From Bryobacterales bacterium (GTDB lineage Bacteria > Acidobacteriota > Terriglobia > Bryobacterales > UBA6623), in assembly GCA_963422375.2 (NCBI GenBank), contig OY729427.2:960001-1024000 (forward strand): DNA of 64,000 nucleotides, read 5' to 3'. Below the pieces are notes generated by a model that saw only the letters and a list, made by a program, of their open reading frames with translations, was not told the origin of the DNA and searched no databases. Positions 12,624 through 23,029 of the stretch are shown here, one piece after another (within the stretch, counting starts at the first letter, position 1; each line of letters begins with the position of its first letter). The translations under genes and the position numbers were made by a program.

Positions 12624-13619
12624 ATGCAACTTCATCGCACTTTCACAGCGACAATCCTGGCCGCGACGCTAGCGACATCTGCCGAGTCGGTCGCTAACGG
12701 ACAGTGGTCCACGGTGACCGTGAACCAAGAGCCGACGGCACGGCACGAGACCGCCATGGTGGCGCTCGGCGGCACGGCCTACCTGATAGGGGGCCGGGGT
12801 ATCAAGCCCGTCGAGGCGTTCGACCCAAGCGCGCGGACCTGGCGGGAGCTCGGACCGACCCCGGTGGAAATGCACCACTCCCAGCCTGTTGCCTACGGCG
12901 ACTCGATCTACGTGATGACTGCCATGACTGGCAGGTACCCGAAAGAGACGCCGCTCGAGAACATCTACATCTACAGCCCGGCAGACGACACCTGGCAGAA
13001 GGGCGCGCCGGTTCCGGAGGGCCGTCGTCGCGGCGCCGCCGGAACCGCGGTCCACGAGGGAAAGATCTACGTGGCTTGCGGAATAGTGGACGGCCACACC
13101 AGCGGCACCGTGGCGTGGTTCGACGAATTCGACCCCAAGACTGGCGAATGGCGCCGGCTTCCGGACGCGCCGCGCGTCCGAGACCACTTCTCGGCGGTCG
13201 TGGCAGGAGGGCGCATGTACTTAGTGGGAGGACGCAACACGAGCTATCACGAGCCCGGAAACTTCACGGCGTTCTTCGGGGCCGTGATCCCGGAGGTAGA
13301 CGTTTACGACTTCGAGGCCGGCCGATGGTCTACCCTGCCGGCGAAACTCCAAGTTCCCGCCGCCGCGGGCGGCCTAGCCAGCTTGGACGGCGCGATCTAC
13401 TATTTCGGAGGTGAGACGGCGCAGAGGGCGGCGCATTCTGAAACACACCGGATCGACCTCGAGACGGGCGGGATCACGTTGGCCGCGCCGTTGCAGAGGG
13501 GACGCCACGGGGGCGGTACCGCCGTCCTCGACGGGAGAATCTACTTCGCCACCGGCAGCGGGGGCCGCGGGGGCGGCCCGGAGCTGTCTTCAACGGAAGC
13601 ATTCGACCCGAGCCCGTAA
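12624..13619 (+). CDS. Kelch-repeat (beta-propeller) protein, secreted
   Basis: Repeated Y.IGG / YLVGG / YFGG units with W..L..P spacing; signal peptide. Confidence 0.85.
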   Translation: MQLHRTFTATILAATLATSAESVANGQWSTVTVNQEPTARHETAMVALGGTAYLIGGRGIKPVEAFDPSARTWRELGPTPVEMHHSQPVAYGDSIYVMTAMTGRYPKETPLENIYIYSPADDTWQKGAPVPEGRRRGAAGTAVHEGKIYVACGIVDGHTSGTVAWFDEFDPKTGEWRRLPDAPRVRDHFSAVVAGGRMYLVGGRNTSYHEPGNFTAFFGAVIPEVDVYDFEAGRWSTLPAKLQVPAAAGGLASLDGAIYYFGGETAQRAAHSETHRIDLETGGITLAAPLQRGRHGGGTAVLDGRIYFATGSGGRGGGPELSSTEAFDPSP

Positions 13620-13717
13620 TTCGGTTGAGCCTCCGGTATCGCCCGATTGCTGCGCCCCAGTGCCCGCGTCGCTTTGGGCCCCGGTCACGAAAGCGCATGC
13701 GGCGGCGGTTGCGCGAG

Positions 13718-14446
13718 TCACGCCGGAGATGAGGCCGGGCGCGGCATTTCGTCCCAAGTTCGGCTCTCGAGCAAGCGGCCGCATCTCTTCTTGTTCCTGC
13801 CGCCCCACTGCTTGAAGAAGAACGGAACCTCCGCGCGACGGCACTGGTCGCGCAGATCCAGCACCCATTCCTGATGCATGGGCCGGGCCCCCGGGCCGGA
13901 CTCGCCGCCGACGATCACCCAGTCGATTCCGCCGAGGTCAAGCGCATCCACCGGACCGAGTAAGGGTTCCAGGGAGAGGAACTTGATCCGAGCGCCGGTG
14001 CGCTTCAGCCGATCAATGCGCCAGCGGCAGCCGTCGCTCTCGACGCTGACGCCCATCCATACATTCGCCGGCCATACCAACTCAGGGTCCAGACACGCCA
14101 AGCGCTCGGCACGCTTCGTCAGAACTTGGAAGCGGTGCCAGTGCGCCCGGCGCATGATGTCGAAGACTTGGTGGACGTATCCTAGCGGCACCCGCTCGTG
14201 AAACAGGTCGCTCATGGAGTTGACGAAAACGAACTGAGGCTTCTTCCACCGCAGCGGGAGCTCCAACATGTGTGGCTGGAGCGTTAGTTCGAAGCCGTTG
14301 GCGTAATTGGACTGGCCCATGGCTTGGAGTCGATTTGCCATGCGCTCCGCGTAGCAGTGCTTGCAGCCGGAGCTAATCTTCGTGCAGCCCGAGACTGGAT
14401 TCCACGTCGATTCTGTCCATTCGATGCCGGAGGATCTCGCCATCAC
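13718..14446 (-). CDS. DUF5131 / phage Gp37-Gp68 family protein (three-Cys motif)
   Basis: IEWTESTWNPVSGCTKISSGCKHCYAE, FVNSMSDLFH, LTKR, SLEPLLG, WVIVGGESG, FFFKQWGG. Confidence 0.92.
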   Translation of the reverse strand: MMARSSGIEWTESTWNPVSGCTKISSGCKHCYAERMANRLQAMGQSNYANGFELTLQPHMLELPLRWKKPQFVFVNSMSDLFHERVPLGYVHQVFDIMRRAHWHRFQVLTKRAERLACLDPELVWPANVWMGVSVESDGCRWRIDRLKRTGARIKFLSLEPLLGPVDALDLGGIDWVIVGGESGPGARPMHQEWVLDLRDQCRRAEVPFFFKQWGGRNKKRCGRLLESRTWDEMPRPASSPA

Positions 14447-15349
14447 TGAACCTTCCTCAGCAGGTGATCCGCAACTCGAAGGCCAATCTTCTTTCCCTTG
14501 TTATTTCCTATGGCATAGCACAGTAGGTAGAGCGGAGACCCCTTACTATTGCGCAGCACTCCGGGCGTGTCGGCGACACCGACGAATACAGTCTTGAGCC
14601 GCTTGATGAAGTAGCGCCCTATGACCTCCATCGTGGCCTTGACGACGTCTTCCTCTTCATTCCCGAAGAGGTCTTTCCTAGATTCCCTTTTGTAGAATTT
14701 GCCGTACCAGTCGTCCGTACCCAAGAAAGCGTTGAGCTTTCGCCGCCATGTGAGGGGTACTTTGCCCGAGTTGGGCAGTAGCCGGTTGACCCCGATGCCC
14801 AGTGGAAAAAGCAGCCACAGGTCGATTGCCTGTGATTCCGCAACAGCTTCGACGGTATTCCATTCAACTTCCATCCCGTAGGGATCCAGAAAAAGTACGG
14901 CTCTATCACGTTTGCACAGTTGTGGGAGCAGCTTCCGGACAATCTTGTTCGCATCTCCTTGGCGTATCTGAATGGTGCTTGCCTGATGCGGGAAGTCATC
15001 CTTCAGGCCTTCCAACTTCTCACAGTAGTCTGGCCGAATATCGATGAAGATGTGAGAGTCGAACGGGGGTTGTGTCGCGAGAGCACGCCTCGGGGAACCG
15101 GCGAGCCAGGCTTAGCGGTGCATCCTCCGCGAGATCCGGGAACAAGGCGGGCGCGCTCGAGCGGCCTCCCTGTTTCAGCTCGATGTAGCCATTTCCTGCG
15201 AACGCATCGATGTACTTCGTTCTAAATCTCTGGTTCTTCATCACTTGGGTGTAGGCCCCAAGATAGCCCGACAGCACGTTCAATTTGGCCTCGGTCCAAG
15301 AGCCGCCGAAGCGATCATCTTCAGAGCGTTCTTTGGATCTTCGTGTCAT
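14443..15349 (-). pseudogene. tcmP: Three-Cys-motif partner protein TcmP, one frameshift near 15108
   Basis: N-part FGGSWTEAKL..YIDAFAG; after a 1-bp shift LAGSPRRAL..HIFID..GDAN..AVLFLDPYG..IDLWLLFP..NSKGSPLY; stop overlaps the DUF5131 start. Confidence 0.85.
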
Positions 15350-15390
15350 CCTACCAGACTGCAGTGTGAACGCAGCGGAAGCTCACCTAG

Positions 15391-15741
15391 TCAATCCTTC
15401 TTGGATATGCGCTTCTCGTCGTCGCAAGTCTTCCGCGCCGCGATCCGACCGGCCGCATACCCTCGTTGCCAGTCCGTGGATTCATGCCAATGCGCCTTCC
15501 GCGTCGCCTTCGCAAGCGCTCGAACCAATTCGGCGGAGGTTCCGGGCGCTTTTCCGAGTCGCCATCCGTGTGTCATTTCGATCCGTCCGAAGCAGCGAGT
15601 CATCGCGATCCGATGAGCAGTGCTGAATCCATGAGCGTGCATGCTCTCGTACTTCACGCCGCCGCACTTGAACACACGCTTGTCCTCGGCGGTTGTCTGC
15701 ACTGCGAATAGCAGCAGAACGGCCATTGCTTTCTTGGTCAT
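15391..15741 (-). CDS. Small hypothetical secreted protein
   Basis: Purine-rich RBS before ATG 15741; signal peptide MTKKAMAVLLLFAVQTTA; same strand, just upstream of tcmP. Confidence 0.5.
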   Translation of the reverse strand: MTKKAMAVLLLFAVQTTAEDKRVFKCGGVKYESMHAHGFSTAHRIAMTRCFGRIEMTHGWRLGKAPGTSAELVRALAKATRKAHWHESTDWQRGYAAGRIAARKTCDDEKRISKKD

Positions 15742-16171
15742 TCTGTCTTCCTCTCCACGGAGCATGATCGAACAGCATATCCGGGAACGGGCTGGTGCTC
15801 ACGATTGCTTCTGTGACAGTCTTCGCCGTGGTGTTTACCACTGTAGCATAGATAGGAGACGATTGGCATCCGAAAATGGTTATCTACCCTGCCGGGAACT
15901 CATTCTCCGCTCTGTCGGGACTCCGATCAACAAGTCTTCGGTCGCGTACTCGGGTGGCAAACTCCGCCGTGGGTCGGTTGGTGGCAGGCGATCACCGAAC
16001 ACTCGCTCGGCAGATCTTAGAAATCCTACTTCTACACAACCGCTCGTAATCGAGAGACTTGTACCCTTACCCTGAATCGGTTCTGGACCCTGCCGCAACA
16101 AACGTCAATTCGAGCGAAGCAAAGCCACCTAGACGGGTAACCTCGCTTAGCGTGACACGCGCCACGGAGCG

Positions 16172-18028
16172 CTAGCGACCGCCCCGAATTGCTCGAATTC
16201 CTACAGGCCGACGGAGCTCGCCCGAGCCTTCCCTGAGGATCAGGACACCGTTCTCTTCGACGTCTAGAAACCTCTCAAGCCTCCCGCTGGGCCAAGCAAC
16301 TTCGACGCTCTCGACGGCACTGCGTGGACCGAGGCCGAAGTGCAGACGTGGGTCGTGCGCGGCTTGGTAGCTGCCCCCTCCCGTGCGCTCGGCCACTTGG
16401 ACGAATCCCTCGGACGACACCGTAACCCTCGCCCCGACACCGTCTCGGTTGGACTGAACGCCGACGAGTAGCACCTGAAGCCAGTTGTTGCCGTTCCCGC
16501 CATCGTTGCGGAGCAGCTGCGGCGCCTGACCATTGTTGGCGACCGCCACGTCGAAGTCGCCGTCGTTGTCGTAGTCCGCGAACGCCGCGGCCCTGCTGAC
16601 ACGCGGAAGGCCCACAGCGGGCCCCAGAGCGTCGCCCGGGGCCTCGAACAATGCTTCCACGTTTCGCAAGACTAGCTTGGGTTCTTCGTACCGCGTCCCT
16701 TCGTGAAACAGCTCGATGTTGTCCAGAACATGGCCGTTCGCCACGAACAGATCCCGCCAGCCGTCGTTGTCGTAGTCGACGAAACGCGTGCCGAACCCGC
16801 TGAGCTTGAAAGTCTTGTAGCCGATGCCGTCCTGGAACGTCGCGTCGAAGAATGTACCGTCCCCGAGATTGCGGTAGAGGCGGTCGAACTCAAAGTCCAA
16901 GTGAGTCACGTAGAGATCGAGCCAGCCGTCCCCGTTGTAGTCCGCCGCGTCCACGCCCATGCCAGCTTCGGCCTCGCCGTTCTCGCCTAGCGCCACGCCA
17001 GCGACGAATGCCACCTCCTCGAAGGTGCCGTTGCCTAGATTTCGGAACAGGAAGTTTGGCATAGAGTCGTTGGCGATGAAGACGTCCTGCCAGCCGTCCC
17101 CGTCGTAGTCGAAGCAGACGACTCCCAAGCTGTTGCCGGTATAGGCCGCAAGGCCCGAAGGCTCGGACGCATCCTCGAACTGTCCGTTCCCCAAGTTCCG
17201 ATAGAGGGTTGGCGCCTGCCCTCGGTACTTGTTGGGGTGGCAGTAGGAGCGGTACCCGGGCCGTCGCTCGCCGCAATGCAAGTTCCCTTCAGGGGACCAG
17301 TCCAAGTAATTGGCGATCGCGAGGTCGAGCAGTCCGTCAAGGTCGTAATCGAACCACGCTGCGCTCGTCCCCCACTTGCCCTGATTGGATGTACCAGCCC
17401 TCGCTGTGACGTCTCGGAATCTCCCATCCCCTTCGTTCCGGAGTAGGACAGAACGCCCGTAGCCGCTTACGGCCAAGTCCGTGTCCCCGTCGTTGTCGAA
17501 GTCACCGGCGGCTAGGCCCATCGCGAAGAGGTCTTCCAGCCCGACTCCGGTTCCGGGCCGGGCCAACTCGAATCTCCCATCCCCGGTCGCTCGATACAGG
17601 GCGCCGCCTAGCGGGCTGGGCGGATCGAACTTGTTTGTAGCCGCACTGTTGGCCAGATACAGATCAAGGTTGCCGTCCCCGTCATAGTCGAGCCACGCGG
17701 CCCCGCCCCCCATGGTCTCAATCAGGTACTTGTGGGCGGTCGCGGCGTTCTCGTGAACGAAGTCGATCCCTGATTCCCGCGTTACGTCAACGAACTCGAC
17801 TGTCACCCGCGCCAGGGCGTCTTCGCAATTCGCGGGAAGCGTAGCGTGCCATGGGGACGCGCCAGCGAGCAGCAGCCGGACGGCGACCTGCCACCCTCGA
17901 TCAAACAATGGCACCGGGCTCCCCGTCGCGAGCAGGTTCAAGCAGGCGTGCGCTGCACCGTAGGCTCGATGTGCATGTCCGCGCCGAGTCTGGCGTATCG
18001 GTGGGACGGCCGCTGTCTGATTCCGCAT
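16172..18028 (-). CDS. CRTAC1-family / FG-GAP repeat protein with ASPIC-UnbV domain
   Basis: Repeated DYDGDG/DFDNDG motifs, ETMGGGAA, SNRDGVGARV, GGSY..HDPRLHFGLG, WPSG; real start probably downstream of 18028. Confidence 0.9.
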   Translation of the reverse strand: MRNQTAAVPPIRQTRRGHAHRAYGAAHACLNLLATGSPVPLFDRGWQVAVRLLLAGASPWHATLPANCEDALARVTVEFVDVTRESGIDFVHENAATAHKYLIETMGGGAAWLDYDGDGNLDLYLANSAATNKFDPPSPLGGALYRATGDGRFELARPGTGVGLEDLFAMGLAAGDFDNDGDTDLAVSGYGRSVLLRNEGDGRFRDVTARAGTSNQGKWGTSAAWFDYDLDGLLDLAIANYLDWSPEGNLHCGERRPGYRSYCHPNKYRGQAPTLYRNLGNGQFEDASEPSGLAAYTGNSLGVVCFDYDGDGWQDVFIANDSMPNFLFRNLGNGTFEEVAFVAGVALGENGEAEAGMGVDAADYNGDGWLDLYVTHLDFEFDRLYRNLGDGTFFDATFQDGIGYKTFKLSGFGTRFVDYDNDGWRDLFVANGHVLDNIELFHEGTRYEEPKLVLRNVEALFEAPGDALGPAVGLPRVSRAAAFADYDNDGDFDVAVANNGQAPQLLRNDGGNGNNWLQVLLVGVQSNRDGVGARVTVSSEGFVQVAERTGGGSYQAAHDPRLHFGLGPRSAVESVEVAWPSGRLERFLDVEENGVLILREGSGELRRPVGIRAIRGGR

Positions 18029-18575
18029 CTCGAAGTGCCGTAGATGACTGGAATCAGCCCGTCGAACCCATCCAGTCGTTCAGTCTGTCGCGCCTGGCGG
18101 AGTGGCCGCGCCGGACAATACCAGCCGAGGCTCGGGCAGGCCGACAAGGTCGGGAGCAGCCGGGGGGGCTGGTGACGACAAGCAGACCGCGGGTGCCTCT
18201 GCCCGCATTCCTTTCAAGAGTCGGTCCCGATCTCTCGTGTCCGATCGCGTCGGGAATTCCGAGTCTTTGAACGGCTGCAAGGCAAGATCTCACTACAGAA
18301 AGGCCCCACGACAATCGCTGTCGATCAGTACGACGCCTCGCCTACGTCGGATGCCCTCCTCGCGAAGACCTCGAGGCGGTTTGGGGCGATGGCGCACGCT
18401 GAAGGGTGCGTGGTACCAATCGAAGCGTTCATTCTTGGTGGACGTAGTCCGTCCAATCGAGGTTCCGCGGACTGCCTGCAATTCCCACCAGATGCCGCCC
18501 GAGAACCAAGTCGGCTGTCACCGAGGGGCCAGCTAACTAGACCCCCGGCTTAAGCCTAGTGCATGAACAACGGCG

Positions 18576-21500
18576 TCAGAAGATCACCTTGACTCCGAAC
18601 TGAATATTTCGTGCGCCGAAAGTGCTGGTGACTCGCCCGAAGTTGCCGCTCTGCAGGCTGCCGTTCACCGAGCCTAGGTTGACGTGGTTGAAGACGTTGA
18701 AAAACTCCGCACGCAGGTCGATCCGACCACCCTCGCCGAGTAGCGGCACGGGTATCTGCCGCAGCAGGTTGAGGTCCGCGTTGGCGAACCCCGGGTTCGT
18801 GAAGGTGTTGCGTCCCAGCGTGCCCGGACGGACGGTCTGCGGCTTCGGGAAGTCCGCCGCGGTGAACAGGCCATTGATGTAGTCCTGCCTGGAGGCTCCG
18901 TCGATCGAGCTTCCGAAAGCCGGGGTGTCCGGGTAATCGTTGTTGAATCCGTCGGCGTTGAAGTCGCAGCCGTTGTTGCCGACCATGTTGCCGCCGTCGT
19001 CGAAAACCGGATTGAAGGGCAGCCCGCAGTTGACCGTGAACGGTGACCCGCTCTGCAGGATCGAGGTCAGTCCGAACTGCCATCCGCCGAGGACCGCCTT
19101 GCCCGGGCCGTTCCGGAATGGCGACGGAATCTCGAAGATCAGGCTGGTCGCGAACTTCTGCCGCACGTCGAAGCGCGAGCGCCCGCGGTTCAGGCGCATG
19201 TTCGTCAGCTCGACTAGGTGCTCACCCGAGAAGCTGCTGCCGGTGTCGATCGCCTTCCCGAACGTGTAGGCCCCTTGGAATAGCAAGCCCCGCGCGAAGC
19301 GCTTCTTGAGGCTGAGGTTGCCTCCGTGGTAGTACGACTTGCCGTTGTTCTGCCCGTACGTGATGCTGCCGAAACTGGGGTTCAGGCGGTCCAGCCGCCC
19401 GTCCAGCAGATCGCCCGCGAAGCGGTTGACCTCGTAGTTCTGGTACAGTTTCGATCCCTGAGAGCCCACGTAGTTGGCTTCGACCGCCCAGTCGTTGCCC
19501 AAGGCGTACTGGATGCCGAAGAACCAGTTGATGGCGTATTGATTCTTCAGGTCCGGCTCCCAGATCTGGATCGCCGCCGGCACGCCGACCAGCCCGCCGC
19601 GCTCGTCCAAGCCGATCTGAAGATCCGGCGGGCGCGGGAACTGCCACGGCGACTCCAGGGTGCTGCTTAGCCCGTAAACCGGCTGCGCGTCGGTCTGCTT
19701 GCTGACGTCCGCCACCGCGAAGATCGGCAGGCTCGTGCAGCAGTCTCGGTAGAACTGGCCGCCGGGACGGTCGTAGAACATCCCCGCCCCGCTGCGGATG
19801 GACATCTTGCCCCGTCCGGTCGGGTCCCACGCAATGCCGATACGCGGCGCGACGTTGTTGCTGTCGGTCGAGGCAAGAGGCGGCCCCTGCCTCACGCCGA
19901 CGTCGGCGATCCGCTCCGTGAAGTTGCTGCCGCCGCGGAAGTTGGCGCCGACGAAGATAGAGTCCAGGTCGGTCGGAATCGGGAATGCCTCCCAGCGCAG
20001 GCCCCAGCTGACTGTCAGGTTCGGACGGACCTTCCAGTCGTCGTTGAAAAACACGCCGAAGTTCGTGAAGCGCGGGCGGAAGTCGAAGCCGCGAGCGTCG
20101 CCCGTGGCCGGGTCGAATCCGATGTTGCCGTGCGAGAAGGGGTCGTCCATGGCGAAATCCCAGATGTTGTTGAAGCCGTAGTTCGGGCGCTCCCAGACCG
20201 CGGCGAAAAGGGCGCCCGCGCCGGGGCAGCCGCTGTCGCAGTTGAAGTTCCCGCCGAACTTAAAGGAGTGCGACCCCTTGTTCCACGTGCTCACGTTGCG
20301 CCACTGCTGGTTGTTCTGGATGAAGACGGCGTCGGAGAAGCCCTGGCCGTAGGACGCGATCCCGGGCACGTTGATGGCGGGGATCTCTCCGCGCCCGATG
20401 GGCGCGTCGCCTTCGGCGTGCTGCCAGGACCACGAAAGCTCGTTGATCACGTTCGTCGAGATAATCCTCGTCCAGTTGAGGTTCGCGAAGGCCGTCCACT
20501 GCTCCTGCATCTTGGTGAACGCAGGGTAGACCGCCGGGCTGCCGAACAGGACCTGCTGGTTGGTGGTTCGCGCCACGCTGCCGTAGATCCGGTCCTTGCT
20601 CTCGTTGAAGTTGTGATCCACGCGGGTCGTCCATTGGATGCCGTCCCTAGGCAGCGTCTGCGCGAAGGACCCGCGCTCGGTCACAGCGAAGTTGCAGGGC
20701 ATCATGCCGATGGGCGTCTCGATGGGCGAGCTGCCCGCGCAGTCCGATCCCATCAGGGTCCCTGCCGTCTGCGCAACGCTCTTGTTGGTCAGGATATCCG
20801 GGAACTCGTTCATGACCATGCTGCTGATGTTGTCGGGGAAGCGCTCGCGCACCAGCCCGGCAAACTCCCGGCTGACGACGGTGTTGCTGAATCCGGCCCC
20901 GACGCCGGAGCGCAGGATGTCCATCGAAGCGAACGCGAAAGTGCGATTCCTGACGATCGGGGCGCCTAGGCTCCAGTTGGCCTCGTTGCGGCGGAATATC
21001 GGCACCTTCGGCTGGAAGAGGTTGCGCGCCTGCATCTTGTTGTTCGTGTGGTACCAGCCGAGCGTGCCGTGGTACTCGTTCGTGCCCGACTTGGTCACCA
21101 CGTTGACGAGGACCGAAGAATTGCGCCCGTACTCCGCCGAGAAGTTGTTCAGCGAGACGCGGAGTTCCTGGACGGAATCGGCGTTCGGATTGTGGTTGAC
21201 CACGCCGCCGCGCGGGCTGGCGTTGACCGACGCCCCGTCCACGTTGAAGCTGTTGGATTCCGCGCGCTGGCCGTTGCCGCTGAGGTTGACGCCGTACTCG
21301 GCGGAAAAGATGTCCCCAGTGGCTTGCGCGTAGGCCTGCCCGCCGCCGGACGGCAGGCCGACGACGCCCGGGGTCAGGACGACCAGCGTCATGAAGTTGC
21401 GCCCGACCAACGGCAGGTCCGCGACCTCCATCTCCTCGATCTGGCCGGAGACCTGCGCCTCGCCCGTCTCGATGAGCGGCGCTTCGGACGTCACACTCAC

Positions 21501-21830
21501 GGTTTCGGTGGTCTGGCCGACCTCGAGCTGGATGTTCAGTGTCGTGGTCTGGGCGACCTCGAGCGTCACGCGCTCCTGGACGAAGGTCTGGAAGCCCTCC
21601 GCACTCGCCGTGACCCTGTAGGTGCTGGCCGCCAGGGCGGTCCCGCGGTACCGCCCGACACTCGAGGTCTCAAGCGTGCGGGTCGTCCCAGTGGCGACAT
21701 CCTCAATGATGACCTGAACCGCGGGAATCACAGCGTCGGTCGGGTCGCTGATCGTTCCCTCGAGAATGCTGCTGAACTGCGCCTGCAGGCCTAGCGAGCC
21801 GACCAGCAGTAGGACCAGTGCACGGAGCAT
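18576..21830 (-). CDS. TonB-dependent receptor (Oar-like) with N-terminal carboxypeptidase-regulatory-like domain
   Basis: GTISDPTDAVIP, LPLVGRNF, DSVQE, SAEYGR, DDWKV, APRIG.AWD, RAEFFNVFNH, terminal GVKVIF; start 21830 or 21890. Confidence 0.92.
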   Translation of the reverse strand: MLRALVLLLVGSLGLQAQFSSILEGTISDPTDAVIPAVQVIIEDVATGTTRTLETSSVGRYRGTALAASTYRVTASAEGFQTFVQERVTLEVAQTTTLNIQLEVGQTTETVSVTSEAPLIETGEAQVSGQIEEMEVADLPLVGRNFMTLVVLTPGVVGLPSGGGQAYAQATGDIFSAEYGVNLSGNGQRAESNSFNVDGASVNASPRGGVVNHNPNADSVQELRVSLNNFSAEYGRNSSVLVNVVTKSGTNEYHGTLGWYHTNNKMQARNLFQPKVPIFRRNEANWSLGAPIVRNRTFAFASMDILRSGVGAGFSNTVVSREFAGLVRERFPDNISSMVMNEFPDILTNKSVAQTAGTLMGSDCAGSSPIETPIGMMPCNFAVTERGSFAQTLPRDGIQWTTRVDHNFNESKDRIYGSVARTTNQQVLFGSPAVYPAFTKMQEQWTAFANLNWTRIISTNVINELSWSWQHAEGDAPIGRGEIPAINVPGIASYGQGFSDAVFIQNNQQWRNVSTWNKGSHSFKFGGNFNCDSGCPGAGALFAAVWERPNYGFNNIWDFAMDDPFSHGNIGFDPATGDARGFDFRPRFTNFGVFFNDDWKVRPNLTVSWGLRWEAFPIPTDLDSIFVGANFRGGSNFTERIADVGVRQGPPLASTDSNNVAPRIGIAWDPTGRGKMSIRSGAGMFYDRPGGQFYRDCCTSLPIFAVADVSKQTDAQPVYGLSSTLESPWQFPRPPDLQIGLDERGGLVGVPAAIQIWEPDLKNQYAINWFFGIQYALGNDWAVEANYVGSQGSKLYQNYEVNRFAGDLLDGRLDRLNPSFGSITYGQNNGKSYYHGGNLSLKKRFARGLLFQGAYTFGKAIDTGSSFSGEHLVELTNMRLNRGRSRFDVRQKFATSLIFEIPSPFRNGPGKAVLGGWQFGLTSILQSGSPFTVNCGLPFNPVFDDGGNMVGNNGCDFNADGFNNDYPDTPAFGSSIDGASRQDYINGLFTAADFPKPQTVRPGTLGRNTFTNPGFANADLNLLRQIPVPLLGEGGRIDLRAEFFNVFNHVNLGSVNGSLQSGNFGRVTSTFGARNIQFGVKVIF

Positions 21831-22257
21831 CCGCCCGGCGCGACGCGTACGGCGAGAAGCAGGACGCCCTGCCCGTGATCGATGATTCATTAGCTCTCTC
21901 CCTCTATCCTGGCGCTGCGGACGGGGCAGCAGTGCAACCCCGGCCGGAGCGCGACGTCGAAGCACCGCCGGCGAATGCCGCCAAGCGGCGGACGGCCAGC
22001 CCTCGAGCCGCCAACATAGTAGAACACTCCGGCTGGCGGATAGCTACTCCGGATGACGCCGAATGGCGAATTCAGGGCTCACCACGAGGCCTGCCATTCA
22101 GTCCGACCGATTTTTCCGTGCCCGCGAGCCAGCTCTTTGAGGGTGGAGCCGCGAGGCACCTGCGGACGGGAGTTGCGGAGGAGGTGCAGCGTGCTTTGAC
22201 CATCTCCGACCGGTGGGTCACGACGTCGGTCGGACCGGAGCATTGCAGCCCGCGACA

Positions 22258-22550
22258 CGCCTCCGGCGTGACGCGGTGCAGGAGTGCCGTCAGCTTCTAC
22301 CGCGGCTCCCTGTTCACGGGCTGCCGTATCCGTTCCGCGCCGCTTGGCATCGATCCGCGGATCTGCATTCGGCCCGGGTCGGCTCCTCACGTCTTTACCC
22401 TTAGTCCCGGCCCTTCACTCCGGCGGCTCCGCCGGGACTCGCGCCTCTTGGTTCACCGCCTTCGTTCCTACTACGCCCGGGTCTGGCTACGGCGCCCCGT
22501 GCATCCGCGGCTCGGGCGCACGGCCCTCCCGCGGCGGCCCCGGCGCTCGA
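22258..22550 (-). mobile_element. Group II intron remnant (ribozyme D2-D4 region plus first ~30 codons of the RT)
   Basis: Minus strand reads gatgcacggg..agccagacccgggcgtagtagg.acgaaggcggtgaac..gcggagccgccggagtgaagggccgggactaaggg, then ATG 22350 MPSGAERIRQPVNREPR*KLTALLHRVTPEA, like the intron RT N-terminus ERIRQ..KFTALLHH. Confidence 0.7.
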
Positions 22551-23029
22551 CGTACGTGCGTGCCTTGAGGTCTCGGACACCTCGTGGCCGCCGCCCAGCT
22601 CGAGCGTGCCGAGGGAGTGTTCGAAGGAGTCCCCGAGGATTTCTTCTTCGCGCTCAGTCGCCTCGTTCCCGGACTGCGCGGCCTCGCGAAACTCGACAGT
22701 GACGGAGGGGAGCCGCAGGCCTTCGAGAGCGGCGGTCTGCGCATCGAATAGTGGACCCGTTACGAGATCGAGAACCAATCTGTGACACCCGACACTCTGC
22801 CGCAACAGCAAGACAACACCGCAAATTGGGTCGGACTTTCGTCGTCCTAGGCGGTGGGGCGCCACGAGACAGTCCCCGTCGAGGTAATCGAGAATCCCAA
22901 CCTGCAGAGGGAACTCGCTAAGAGCCCCGCAGCGGCCTAGGTCCCGAGCAGAGTGCCCTGCCAGCCGCCGGCAGTCCCGATGCGACTGCTGGCCCGACGG
23001 GGTGATTGAAGTCGGGACGCCGCTCGGCA

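Noticed and set aside
13718..14446. Prophage, suggested by the phage Gp37/Gp68 family name
   Set aside because: No structural, terminase or integrase genes in the window
18030..18570. Possible ncRNA or riboswitch in long intergenic regions (also 27480-28020, 34870-35700, 53850-54450)
   Set aside because: No recognisable conserved motif by eye; would need an Rfam scan
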